This document shows, one piece after another, positions 1 through 9,058 of a DNA stretch of 64,000 nt. The notes beneath the pieces are model-generated. The model ran no database searches, had not been told where the DNA came from, and worked only from the letters and a program-made list of their open reading frames with translations. Positions within the stretch are counted from its first letter, which is position 1; each line of letters begins with the position of its first letter. This DNA is from Gemmatimonadota bacterium (GTDB lineage Bacteria; Gemmatimonadota; Gemmatimonadetes; Palauibacterales; KS3-K002). The DNA lies in contig JAZGAL010000132.1 in assembly GCA_036475815.1 (NCBI GenBank), forward strand, positions 15,794 to 79,793, written 5' to 3'. The position numbers and the translations under genes were made by a program.

Positions 1-2
1 TG

Positions 3-2153
3 ATGGCGGTGATCGCGGTGGGAGACTTCGATAAATCCGTGATCGAGGAGCTGATTCAGAAGCACTTCGCTGGAATTCCAATGCCGGAGAACCCGCGTGA
101 GCGACCGGTCTTTCCCGTCCCCGATCACGACGAAACGCTCTTCGCCATCGCCACGGATCCCGAGGCGACGATGAACTCGGTGAACGTCTACTGGAAACAG
201 GCGCTCAGAGACGAGAGCACGGTGGGCGCCTACCGCCAGTCGATCGTCGAAAACCTCTACAACCGCATGTTCAACGCGCGGCTGTTCGAGTTGACCCAGG
301 AGGCGGATCCACCGTTCCTGGGCGCCTTCTCCGGCCAGGGGCGCTTCATCGGCTCGAAAGAGATCTATATCCTCGGTGCGGGAGTCGCGGAGAACGGGAT
401 CGAGCGCGGGCTCGAGGCGGTCTTGACGGAGGCGGAGCGGGTGGACCGTTACGGCTTCACCGAGTCGGAGCTCGAGCGCGAGAAGCGCGAGCTCCTGCGC
501 AACATGGAGCAGGCCTATGCCGAGCGCGAGAAGACGGAGTCTTCATCCTACGCCTCGGAATACGTCCGAAGCTTCCTCTACGACGAGCCTATCCCGGGCA
601 TCGCGTACGAGTTCGAACTGCACAAGGAGCTTGTCCCCGGCATTCAACTTCAAGAGATCAACCGGCTGGCCAAAGAGTGGATCGTCGACACCAATCGGGT
701 GATTCTAGTCAGCGCGCCCGAGAAGGAAGGCGTCGAGGTGCCCTCGGATGAGGACCTGCTTGCAGTGTTCTCCGCGGTCGGTGCGGCCAAGATCACGGCC
801 TACGAAGACGCGGTCGCGGATGTGCCGCTGGTCGCCCGGCTGCCGGAGCCGGCGGAGATCACCTTCGAGGAGGAGATCGAGGAGCTCGGAGTGTGGCACT
901 GGGAGCTGGCCAACGGTGTGCGCGTACTCCTCAAGCCGACCGACTTCAAGGACGATGAGATCGTCTTCCGCGCTCTGAGCCCCGGCGGCACGTCGCTCGC
1001 AGCGGACGAGGACTATATCGCCGCCGCCACCGGGACATCAGTCGTCACGCAGAGCGGTATCGGCGAGTTCAGCCTGGTCAACCTGCAGAAGGTACTGGCC
1101 GGCAAAGTCGTGCGCGTATCGCCGTTCATAGCCTCCACCGGCGAGGGCATGTCCGGGAGTGCATCGCCTGCCGACGTGGAGACGATGTTCCAGCTGATCT
1201 ACCTCTATTTCACGGCGCCGCGCCGTGACGAGGACGCCTACCTCTCGTTCAAGTCGCGCATCAACGCGTTTCTGGCCAACCGAAGCGCAGATCCGAATAC
1301 GGCCTACCGGGACACGATCACCGTCACGCTGACGCAGCACCACTTCCGCACCCGGCTGCCCAGCCAGGAGCTGTACGAGGAGATGGACCTGGACAAGTCG
1401 CTCGCCTTCTATCGTGACCGGTTCGCGGACGCGAGCGACTTCACCTTCGTCTTCGTCGGCACCTTCGACCCGGACAGCCTGAGGCCGCTGATCCAGACGT
1501 ATCTGGGCGGGCTGCCTTCCACCGGGCGCGAGGAGACCTGGCGCGACGAGGGGATCATGCCTCCCACGGGCGTGATCGAGAAGACCGTTTACAGGGGTAT
1601 CGAGCCCAAGAGCCAGACGCAGATCGTCTTCACCGGGCCGTTCGAGTGGACGCGGGAGAATCGCTACGTGATCAGGTCCCTGGCCAGCATGCTCCGGATC
1701 CGTTTGCGCGAGGTGCTGCGAGAGGACATGGGCGGAACCTACGGAGTCGGCGTGAGCGGAGTCGGGATTCGCGACCCCAGGCAGGAGTACACTTTCCGCA
1801 TCAGCTTCGGAACGGCGCCGGAACGGCTCGAGGAGTTGACCGCAGCGGTGTTCCAGCAGATCGACAGCATCAAGACGTTCGGACCGACCCAAGAGGACAT
1901 CGACAAGGTCAAGGAAATACAGCGGCGCCAGCGGGAGACGAGCCTGCGCGAGAATGGTTACTGGCTCAGCCAGTTGGTGTCTTACGACCGCTACGGACTC
2001 GATCTGCGAGGTATCCTGACCTACGACGAGCTCGTGGACGGCCTCACCACCGAGGTGGTGCAGGAAGCGGCACAGCGATACCTGCGGACGGACAACTACG
2101 TCCAGGTGTCGCTGTATCCCGAGGCACAGGCGGAGGAACAGCAGCAGAACTGA
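3..2153 (+). CDS. M16 (pitrilysin/insulinase) family zinc metallopeptidase, 5'-truncated by the window edge
   Basis: 716-aa ORF running off the window start. Sequence character of the inactive C-terminal halves of two-domain M16 peptidases. No antisense alternative has domain character. Confidence 0.8.
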   Translation: MAVIAVGDFDKSVIEELIQKHFAGIPMPENPRERPVFPVPDHDETLFAIATDPEATMNSVNVYWKQALRDESTVGAYRQSIVENLYNRMFNARLFELTQEADPPFLGAFSGQGRFIGSKEIYILGAGVAENGIERGLEAVLTEAERVDRYGFTESELEREKRELLRNMEQAYAEREKTESSSYASEYVRSFLYDEPIPGIAYEFELHKELVPGIQLQEINRLAKEWIVDTNRVILVSAPEKEGVEVPSDEDLLAVFSAVGAAKITAYEDAVADVPLVARLPEPAEITFEEEIEELGVWHWELANGVRVLLKPTDFKDDEIVFRALSPGGTSLAADEDYIAAATGTSVVTQSGIGEFSLVNLQKVLAGKVVRVSPFIASTGEGMSGSASPADVETMFQLIYLYFTAPRRDEDAYLSFKSRINAFLANRSADPNTAYRDTITVTLTQHHFRTRLPSQELYEEMDLDKSLAFYRDRFADASDFTFVFVGTFDPDSLRPLIQTYLGGLPSTGREETWRDEGIMPPTGVIEKTVYRGIEPKSQTQIVFTGPFEWTRENRYVIRSLASMLRIRLREVLREDMGGTYGVGVSGVGIRDPRQEYTFRISFGTAPERLEELTAAVFQQIDSIKTFGPTQEDIDKVKEIQRRQRETSLRENGYWLSQLVSYDRYGLDLRGILTYDELVDGLTTEVVQEAAQRYLRTDNYVQVSLYPEAQAEEQQQN

Positions 2154-2190
2154 GCGCGACAGCTCTGACTACGGAGATCCGATCTGATAC

Positions 2191-2219
2191 GGGCCGGGCG
2201 GAAGCGAACTGCCCGGCCC
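2191..2219 (+). terminator. GC-rich stem-loop downstream of the M16 peptidase gene (9-bp perfect stem gggccgggc / gcccggccc, 11-nt loop), no U-tract
   Basis: Perfect inverted repeat read directly in the 100-nt gap between the peptidase stop (2153) and the next start (2255). No T-rich tail, so intrinsic-terminator function is uncertain. Confidence 0.3.
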
Positions 2220-2254
2220 GTCGCTGGAGAGGAGCCCGGCGAGACGGGAAACTG

Positions 2255-3040
2255 ATGGTGATCACGTCGGAATCGGAGGAGCGTACGAGAGGACCGGCGC
2301 TTGTGGCGCACCGTGGCTATGCTCTGCGCTACCCGGAAAACACGATAGAGAGCCTCACAGCGGCCGTGGAGGCCGGCGCCTGCTTCGTCGAGCTCGATGT
2401 CCAGTTCACCGCAGACGGCTTTCCGGTCCTGTTGCACGACGCCGATCTCGAGCGGACTGCCGGCGTCCCGGAACGCGTCATGGACCTGCAGTTAGCGCGC
2501 CTGCAGGAGATCGAGGTCAACGAGCCGGCACGCTTCGGCGAGACGTTTGCCGGCGTTCACGTCCCTACGCTGGCCGAAGCGATGTCGTTCCTGGGCGAGT
2601 GGCCACGGGTGAAAGCCTTCGTCGAGATCAAAAGCGAAAGCCTGCAGCGTTTCGGCAGAGAGTGGGTGGTCGAGCGCGTGATGAGCGATCTGCTGCCCAG
2701 GCTCGACCAATGCGCGTTGATCTCTTTCGACATGGATGCCCTGCTCATGGCCCGCGAGCGGGAGGCTGTGAGTATCGGCTGGGTTCTGGACGATTTGTCC
2801 CCAGCGACCCGTGAGGCGGCAGCGGCACATAGCCCCGAGTATCTCTTCTGCGATTACGAGATGATACCTGACCACGAGAAGCTCTGGCCCGGACCGTGGC
2901 AGTGGGCGCTCTACGACGTAAGCGACCCCAGGCTCGCTCTAAGACTGGCGGCGCGGGGAGCGCAGCTCATAGAGACCATGGCGATACGCGAGATGCTGGA
3001 GCACCCGGCCTTTGCCAGCGGAGTCTGCAGTGACGAGTAG
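2255..3040 (+). CDS. glycerophosphodiester phosphodiesterase (GDPD family)
   Basis: N-terminus ...ALVAHRGYALRYPENTIESL... carries the GDPD catalytic HRG/E-N motif. ATG at 2255 in the frame of ORF 1646..3040. The upstream part of that ORF is Arg-rich junk overlapping the peptidase. Confidence 0.85.
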   Translation: MVITSESEERTRGPALVAHRGYALRYPENTIESLTAAVEAGACFVELDVQFTADGFPVLLHDADLERTAGVPERVMDLQLARLQEIEVNEPARFGETFAGVHVPTLAEAMSFLGEWPRVKAFVEIKSESLQRFGREWVVERVMSDLLPRLDQCALISFDMDALLMAREREAVSIGWVLDDLSPATREAAAAHSPEYLFCDYEMIPDHEKLWPGPWQWALYDVSDPRLALRLAARGAQLIETMAIREMLEHPAFASGVCSDE

Positions 3041-4223
3041 CCGCTACGACGTCGTGGTCGTCGGCGGCGGCATCAACGGCGTCGGCGTGGCTCAGGCGGC
3101 CGCGGCCGCGGGCCACTCCGTCCTACTGCTCGAGAAGAAGGGGCTCGCCGCCGGTACGTCGAGCCGCTCCAGCAAGCTCATCCACGGCGGCCTGCGCTAT
3201 CTGGAAAGCTGGGAGTTCTCGCTGGTCCGGGAAGGGTTGATGGAGAGGGCGCTTCTGCTGCGGCTGGCGCCCGACCTGGTGAAGCTCAAGCCGTTCTACA
3301 TACCGATATTCAGCTATACGCGCCGGCGACCCTGGCTGATGGGTGCCGGCCTGAGCCTCTACGCGCTACTCGGGAAACTGGAGAAAGCGGTCCGCTTCGA
3401 GAAGGTGCCCCGCCGCCGCTGGGATCAACTTGACGGTCTGGTGACGGACGACCTCGACGCCGTTTTCTGCTACCGGGACGCGCAGACGGACGATGCCCTA
3501 CTGACGGCCGCCGTCTGGAATTCGGCGCAGGGCCTGGGAGCGGAACTGGCCATGCCGGCCGAGTTCATGGGCGCGGAACTGGTCAACGATGGAAGCGCGG
3601 TGAGCTATCGCCGGGACGGGCAGGAGTTCACCTGTCAGGCCCGCGTGCTGGTCAACGCGGGGGGGCCCTGGGTCAACCGCGTCATCGACAGGATCGTTCC
3701 GGCGCCGTGGCGGCGCCCGGTGGACCTCGTGCAGGGTACCCACATCATCGTGCGTGGCCAGGTCGAGTGCGGCATCTACTATGTGGAGGTCCGGCGTGAC
3801 GGGCGTGCCGTCTTCATCATGCCGTGGAAGGGCGAGACTCTCGTTGGGACAACAGAGACCCGCTTTCGCGGCGACGTGGACCAAGTCAGCCCGCTCCGGA
3901 CGGAGAAGAGCTATCTGCTGAGGGTTCTGAACCGCTACTTCCCACACTACAGGGCCACGGATCCGGGCGTGGTGCTCGACGCCTTCGCCGGGCTGCGAGT
4001 TCTGCCCGCCGGACCCGGCCACGCATTCCATCGATCGAGGGAGACAATCCTGGACGTCGATCGCGAGAACAACCGCGAGCGGCCCCGGGTGCTGAGCATC
4101 TACGGTGGGAAGCTGACCGCCTGGCGCGCCACCGCCGCGAAGGTCATGGCACGCATCGAGGGAGCGCTGCCCGGGCGCAGGCCGGTAGCGGACACGCGTG
4201 CCCTGCCCCTCACGCCTCCGTAA
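3012..4223 (+). CDS. FAD-dependent glycerol-3-phosphate dehydrogenase-like oxidoreductase (short GlpA/GlpD-type)
   Basis: N-terminus YDVVVVGGGINGVGVA...SSKLIHGGLRYLE is the classic GlpD/GlpA FAD-binding signature. At 403 aa it is shorter than canonical GlpD. Start could instead be the in-frame GTG at 3030. Confidence 0.75.
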   Translation: MPAESAVTSSRYDVVVVGGGINGVGVAQAAAAAGHSVLLLEKKGLAAGTSSRSSKLIHGGLRYLESWEFSLVREGLMERALLLRLAPDLVKLKPFYIPIFSYTRRRPWLMGAGLSLYALLGKLEKAVRFEKVPRRRWDQLDGLVTDDLDAVFCYRDAQTDDALLTAAVWNSAQGLGAELAMPAEFMGAELVNDGSAVSYRRDGQEFTCQARVLVNAGGPWVNRVIDRIVPAPWRRPVDLVQGTHIIVRGQVECGIYYVEVRRDGRAVFIMPWKGETLVGTTETRFRGDVDQVSPLRTEKSYLLRVLNRYFPHYRATDPGVVLDAFAGLRVLPAGPGHAFHRSRETILDVDRENNRERPRVLSIYGGKLTAWRATAAKVMARIEGALPGRRPVADTRALPLTPP

Positions 4224-4228
4224 CATAG

Positions 4229-4867
4229 CTAACGTCCGTAGACCACGACCTGCCAGAAAGGAGTCAGGCGAGAGTAGCGGCGAACAAAGCCGCCCTGGCG
4301 CACGAGCGCGTCCACGGCCTGCGACGAGTGAATGAACACGCGGAACGGGTTGCGCAACAACCAGAGGGATAGATTCAAGAAGCGGTTCCCGATCCTCGTC
4401 CACCACGTGTCACGTGGGTACACCAGGCCATAGAGCCTCCCGGCCTTTTCCACAGACAGTCTGACCAGGGTCTCCATGTCGTGGTAGCAGCAGATCACAC
4501 GATCGAGGGTGACGATGTCGGCCGGCTCCAACTCACCGGCGAACTCGACGAAATCGCCGTAGCGGTAGGTGACGCGATCCGCATATCCCTGCCGCTCCGC
4601 CTCCTCCCGAGCCGCTTCCAGGTACTCGGTCGCCGCGTCCGCCCCGATGGCTCTGCTGGCGCCCGCCTTCAGCAACTCGTGCTGGATCGCGCCGACGCCT
4701 CCACCGACATCGAGCAGCGTATCCCCGTCGACGCCTTCCGCCTTGAGAGCGTCGATCAGCATCCTCGTAGTGCCTCTCGGCCCCTTCCGGCGGTAGCTCT
4801 TCAGCTCTCTCTTGACATACCGCCCCGAGAAGAGCTTCTGGGCTCCCTGGCACTGGCAGCAGCTCAT
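4229..4867 (-). CDS. class I SAM-dependent methyltransferase (unknown substrate; N-terminal CCQC cysteine cluster)
   Basis: LLDVGGGVGAI glycine-rich SAM-binding motif I. Downstream acidic/aromatic motifs typical of Rossmann-fold MTases. 212 aa. Confidence 0.7.
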   Translation of the reverse strand: MSCCQCQGAQKLFSGRYVKRELKSYRRKGPRGTTRMLIDALKAEGVDGDTLLDVGGGVGAIQHELLKAGASRAIGADAATEYLEAAREEAERQGYADRVTYRYGDFVEFAGELEPADIVTLDRVICCYHDMETLVRLSVEKAGRLYGLVYPRDTWWTRIGNRFLNLSLWLLRNPFRVFIHSSQAVDALVRQGGFVRRYSRLTPFWQVVVYGR

Positions 4868-4900
4868 AGGCTACTCCGGGCCGTTTGTTCACCAGCGGTT

Positions 4901-5440
4901 CTATTCATCAGTGAGGATATCGTTCTGTGGAAAAAGATCGTGCACGACGTCGCGGACGATGCGGACATCGAAGCCACGACGTATGAGGTGGTCACGAAGA
5001 CGCCGGCGAAGCACCGCCTCATCACCAGCCCGGCCGGCAAGGGTCCGGCGCTTCTTCTCGACTACGCGTTCCGCCAGAGTCTGCTCGTCGGTATTCTCGT
5101 CCCGAAACACGTCTTCGATGGTCGGCAAGGCCAGCTCCCTCGAGATCCCCTTCATGTAAAGGTCCCGGACCATGCGACGCATACCCATGGGCCGGTGAGC
5201 GATGCGGTCTCGAACATAGGCGCCCACGAAAGCTACGTCATCGACAAGGCCAACGGCATGCAGCCGCCGCATGGCCGCTTCGATCGTCTGCTCGCTGAAT
5301 CCGCGGTCGGCGAGCTTGCGCCGCACCTCCTGTCCCGTCCGCTGGCGGTAGGACAAGAAGTTCAGCGCCGCGTCAAGAGCGCGGCGCTCGGCCTCGGACG
5401 CATCGGAGGCCGGTATTTCGTCCCGAATCTCCTCGTTCAC
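4901..5440 (-). CDS. recX: recombination regulator RecX
   Basis: RecX-like three-helix repeats (NFLSYRQRTGQEVRRKL...). Lies immediately downstream of recA on the same strand, the canonical recA-recX arrangement. Confidence 0.9.
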   Translation of the reverse strand: MNEEIRDEIPASDASEAERRALDAALNFLSYRQRTGQEVRRKLADRGFSEQTIEAAMRRLHAVGLVDDVAFVGAYVRDRIAHRPMGMRRMVRDLYMKGISRELALPTIEDVFRDENTDEQTLAERVVEKKRRTLAGRAGDEAVLRRRLRDHLIRRGFDVRIVRDVVHDLFPQNDILTDE

Positions 5441-5464
5441 CGGCCCGAGCGCACGTGAATCGAC

Positions 5465-6553
5465 TCAGACGTGCGCCTTCTCGAGCTCCTCCGCACTCTC
5501 CTCCACCGGATCCGCCGCAGAACCTCCGATCCCCAGAGCCTCACGCACCTTTGCCTCGACCTCCGCCGCCATTTCCGGGTTCTCCTCCAGGAAGCCCTTG
5601 GCGTTCTCGCGCCCCTGGCCGATCCTCTGGTCGCCGTACGAGTACCAGGCGCCCGATTTGTTGACGATCCCGTGCTCGGCAGCCAGGTCGATGAGCTCGC
5701 CCTCACGTGAGATCCCGCGGCCGAACATGATGTCGAATTCCGCCTGGCGGAACGGTGACGCGCACTTGTTCTTGACCACCTTCACCCGGGTCCGATTCCC
5801 GACCTGCTCGTTACCGTCCTTGATCGATGCGATGCGCCGGATGTCGAGTCGCAAGGAGGCGTAGAACTTCAGAGCCCGGCCACCCGGCTGCGTCTCCGGG
5901 TTACCGAACACCACGCCGATCTTCTCACGGATCTGGTTCGTGAATACCACCGCCGTTTTTGAACGGCTGATGGCACCCGTCACCTTGCGCAACGCCTGCG
6001 ACATCAAGCGCGCCTGGAGGCCCATATGCGAGGCGCCCATCTCACCTTCGATCTCAGCACGTGGCACCAGCGCAGCGACGGAGTCGATCACCACGATGTC
6101 CACGGCACCGCTGCGCACCAGGACCTCGGTGATCTCCAGCGCCTGTTCACCCGTGTCCGGCTGCGAGACCAGCAGGTTCTCGATATCGACGCCGAGCTTC
6201 TCCGCGTAAAGGATGTCGAGGGCGTGCTCGGCATCGATGAAGGCCGCCACTCCGCCACCCTTCTGAGCGTTGGCGATGATGTGCAGCGTCAGCGTCGTCT
6301 TGCCCGACGACTCGGGGCCGAAGATCTCGCTCACCCGGCCGCGGGGAATCCCGCCGATACCCGTGACGGAGTCGAGGGCGATGGAGCCCGTCGAGATCAC
6401 CTGCACCTTGACCCGGGCGCCTTCAGCGCCCATGCGCATGATCGCGCCCTTCCCGTGCTGGCGTTCCACCAGGGATATCGCGATCTCCAGCGCCTTCTTT
6501 TTCTCCTCACTCAGTTCCGCAGCCATTTCCCCTCCTGTTCTACCGTTCAGCAT
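5465..6553 (-). CDS. recA: recombinase RecA
   Basis: Walker [27 protein letters not shown]1/L2 loop regions. Full-length 362 aa. Confidence 0.97.
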   Translation of the reverse strand: MLNGRTGGEMAAELSEEKKKALEIAISLVERQHGKGAIMRMGAEGARVKVQVISTGSIALDSVTGIGGIPRGRVSEIFGPESSGKTTLTLHIIANAQKGGGVAAFIDAEHALDILYAEKLGVDIENLLVSQPDTGEQALEITEVLVRSGAVDIVVIDSVAALVPRAEIEGEMGASHMGLQARLMSQALRKVTGAISRSKTAVVFTNQIREKIGVVFGNPETQPGGRALKFYASLRLDIRRIASIKDGNEQVGNRTRVKVVKNKCASPFRQAEFDIMFGRGISREGELIDLAAEHGIVNKSGAWYSYGDQRIGQGRENAKGFLEENPEMAAEVEAKVREALGIGGSAADPVEESAEELEKAHV

Positions 6554-6594
6554 TCCCTCCCACGCGAGGCTAACCCGTAACGGTCAAACGATCA

Positions 6595-7644
6595 TCAACT
6601 CGCCTTGACCTGCACCAGCTCCTCGAACGCTGCACAGGCGCGCTCGATGCCCCCATCGTCTACATCCAGGTGGGTGACGGCCCGCAGACGACTCGGCCCC
6701 GTGGCCAGAATTTGTACGCCACGCTCCTCCAGAAAACCGACGACATCGGCGGGTGCCAGATCATCCTGTTCAATGTCGATCATGATGATGTTCGTGTCCG
6801 GCGCTATGACGCTGAACCCGGCCAGCCCATCCACGAATTCCGCAAAGCGTCGCGCACGGACGTGGTCCTCCACGATCCTGGGCAGATTGTGATCCAGCGC
6901 GTAGAGCCCCGCCGCTGCCAGGATGCCGACTTGCCGCATGCCGCCCCCAAGTCGCTTGCGGAGCGCGTGCGCCCGCCCCATCGCCTCTTCGCTTCCGGCC
7001 AGTGCGGAGCCGATCGGCGCGCCCAAGCCTTTCGAGTAGCAGACCATCACCGTGTCGGCCTGCGCGGCGAACTCGGATAGCGCCACCCCCGTCGCCGCCG
7101 CGGCGTTCCAGAGCCGTGCGCCATCCAGGTGAAGCGGCATACCATGCTCGTTCGCCAGCTCCCGCAGACCGCGCAACGTGTCGATCGGCATCACCTTGCC
7201 GCCAGCCATGTTGTGCGTGTTCTCGGCGCAGATGAGCGATGTGCGCATGAGGTGCGGGCTCGGCGGCCGTATGTGAGCACGCGCCAGCTCCGCCGTCAGC
7301 ACGCCATCCCCGGTAGGAACCTGCCGGAGCTGTATTCCCGACCACATCGCCGCACCGGCGAACTCGTAGTGGAAGACGTGGGCGCTCGCCTCGCAGATCG
7401 CCTCTGTGCCCGGTTGCGAGTTCAGCAGTATGCCCACCTGGTTGGCCTGGGTGCCGCTGGGAAAGAAGAGCGCCGCTTCCTTGCCCAGCAACTCGGCCGT
7501 CCGTTCCTGCAGGACTTTCACCGTTGGATCGTCGCCCAGCACATCGTCGCCCACCTCAGCCTCGGCGATGGCCTGGCGCATCCCGGAAGAAGGGCGCGTC
7601 ACTGTGTCGCTACGCAGGTCGACGATCTCGTTTCCTGGCATCAT
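6595..7644 (-). CDS. ltaE: low-specificity L-threonine aldolase (beta-eliminating lyase family, PLP)
   Basis: N-terminus DLRSDTVTRPS...MRQAIAEAEVGDDVLGDDPTV and GTQANQ motif typical of threonine aldolases. Confidence 0.85.
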   Translation of the reverse strand: MMPGNEIVDLRSDTVTRPSSGMRQAIAEAEVGDDVLGDDPTVKVLQERTAELLGKEAALFFPSGTQANQVGILLNSQPGTEAICEASAHVFHYEFAGAAMWSGIQLRQVPTGDGVLTAELARAHIRPPSPHLMRTSLICAENTHNMAGGKVMPIDTLRGLRELANEHGMPLHLDGARLWNAAAATGVALSEFAAQADTVMVCYSKGLGAPIGSALAGSEEAMGRAHALRKRLGGGMRQVGILAAAGLYALDHNLPRIVEDHVRARRFAEFVDGLAGFSVIAPDTNIIMIDIEQDDLAPADVVGFLEERGVQILATGPSRLRAVTHLDVDDGGIERACAAFEELVQVKAS

Positions 7645-7698
7645 CTGGTCCCAGCCTTCAAACTATTTCGGGACTTCTTCGGGGTCAAGAGCCTTTGT

Positions 7699-8832
7699 TC
7701 AAGCCGCATAGAACTCGGCGATCGCTGCGCCGATCCGTTCCATCTCGTCCAGGGTCAGCTCCGGGTACATCGGCAAGCTCAGGACCTCCGCCGCGGCGCG
7801 CTCCGCCTCGGGGAAGTCACCTCGCCGATAGCCCAGGTCCGAGAAGCAGGGCTGCAGGTGAAGCGGCAGCGGGTAGTAAATGCCGCTGCCTATGCCGCGC
7901 TCCGTCAGGTGCTCCCGCAGCCCGTCCCGACGCCGGGCGCGAATCGTGTAGAGCCCATAGACGTGGAACCGGTCGTGTTCCGCCGCTGGAACAACGATGT
8001 CGTCCATCCCGGCCAGCCGCTGGTCGTACGACGCGGCCCGTGCCCGTCGTGTCTCGGTCCAGCCCGGAAGATGGCGAAGCTTGACCTGCAGCACCGCGGC
8101 CTGGATCGCATCGAGACGCGAATTAGTCCCCACTTCCTCGTGCACATACCTGCCGCGGGCGTAGTTCTCGCCGTGAACGCGCAGCCGCCGCAGCCGCTCC
8201 GCGAGCTCCCTATCACCCGTGGTGATGAGGCCGCCATCGCCCCAGCCGCCGAGGTTCTTGGTCGGGTAGAACGAGAAGCAGCCCAGCGTGCCGACCGCGC
8301 CCGCGGACTGCCAGCGGCCGCCGACCATCGCTTTGGCCCCGAACGCCTGCGCCGCATCCTCCACCACCCATAGCTCACGGCCGGCGGCAAGCTCGAGCAG
8401 CGGATCCATCTCGGCCATCTGCCCGAACAGATGGACCGGTACGATGGCGCGAGTGCGATCGGTGATCGCGGCCGAGACGGCTGTAGGATCGAGATTGAAC
8501 GTACGACGGTCGATATCCGCCATCACGACCCGACCACCTGCGTTGACGATGGCACCAACCGTAGCGAAAAAGGTGAACGGCGAGGTGATGACTTCGTCGC
8601 CCTCTTCCAGGTCGAGTAGACGAAGCGACAGGTATAGAGCATCGGTCCCGCTAGCTACACCCACCGCCTCGGCCACGCCGAGGTACTCGGCCACTGAGGC
8701 CTCGAACTCGGACACCGCTGCCCCAAGCACGAAGCTCTGTGCTCCGGCGACGCGGGCAACCGCGGACATCAGCTCGTCGGCGATCGGCGTGTTCTGCCGG
8801 GCGAGGTCGAACAGCGGGATCGCCGCGCTCAT
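7699..8832 (-). CDS. DegT/DnrJ/EryC1/StrS family PLP-dependent sugar aminotransferase
   Basis: IPLFDLARQN...GTDAL N-terminal signature of the family. Start placed at the internal Met (MSAAIPLFDL, ATG 8832..8830). The longer ORF to 8910 adds Gly/Arg-rich junk. Confidence 0.85.
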   Translation of the reverse strand: MSAAIPLFDLARQNTPIADELMSAVARVAGAQSFVLGAAVSEFEASVAEYLGVAEAVGVASGTDALYLSLRLLDLEEGDEVITSPFTFFATVGAIVNAGGRVVMADIDRRTFNLDPTAVSAAITDRTRAIVPVHLFGQMAEMDPLLELAAGRELWVVEDAAQAFGAKAMVGGRWQSAGAVGTLGCFSFYPTKNLGGWGDGGLITTGDRELAERLRRLRVHGENYARGRYVHEEVGTNSRLDAIQAAVLQVKLRHLPGWTETRRARAASYDQRLAGMDDIVVPAAEHDRFHVYGLYTIRARRRDGLREHLTERGIGSGIYYPLPLHLQPCFSDLGYRRGDFPEAERAAAEVLSLPMYPELTLDEMERIGAAIAEFYAA

Positions 8833-9044
8833 GTCTCTGACTCTCCCGCCGGCGAGCGAGGTCGGCCCGCGGCAGGCTCGACCCGCAATTCCCCGGCAGC
8901 CACCGACCAATCACGCAGAACGATGGCGTCGGCCTCGGCCTTCGCCGAGACAACCTCCGGCGGCTCATCGGCCAGCCGGGGTACCCCCGCACCTCGGAGT
9001 GAAGGCCACACAGCGTACGTGACACCAAGCGCGCCCAGCACCAT
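8829..9044 (-). CDS. small hypothetical membrane protein (71 aa, one N-terminal TM helix)
   Basis: ATG 9044 lies 14 nt after the CcmF-like stop. Its TGA overlaps the DegT ATG as ATGA, suggesting translational coupling. Hydrophobic N-terminus MVLGALGVTYAVW. No recognisable domain. Confidence 0.4.
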   Translation of the reverse strand: MVLGALGVTYAVWPSLRGAGVPRLADEPPEVVSAKAEADAIVLRDWSVAAGELRVEPAAGRPRSPAGESET

Positions 9045-9058
9045 TGCGAGTATCGCGC

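Noticed and set aside
3498-4406. 302-aa minus-strand ORF overlapping the GlpD-like gene
   Set aside because: Arg/Gly/Pro-rich, no motifs, antisense to a gene with a clear FAD-binding signature.
6554-6594. LexA/SOS box upstream of recA
   Set aside because: The 41-nt region (TGATCGTTTGACCGTTACGGGTTAGCCTCGCGTGGGAGGGA-ATG on the recA strand) has a TTGACC -35-like hexamer and an RBS. No clear palindrome matches known LexA-box classes (CTGT-N8-ACAG, GAAC-N4-GTTC).
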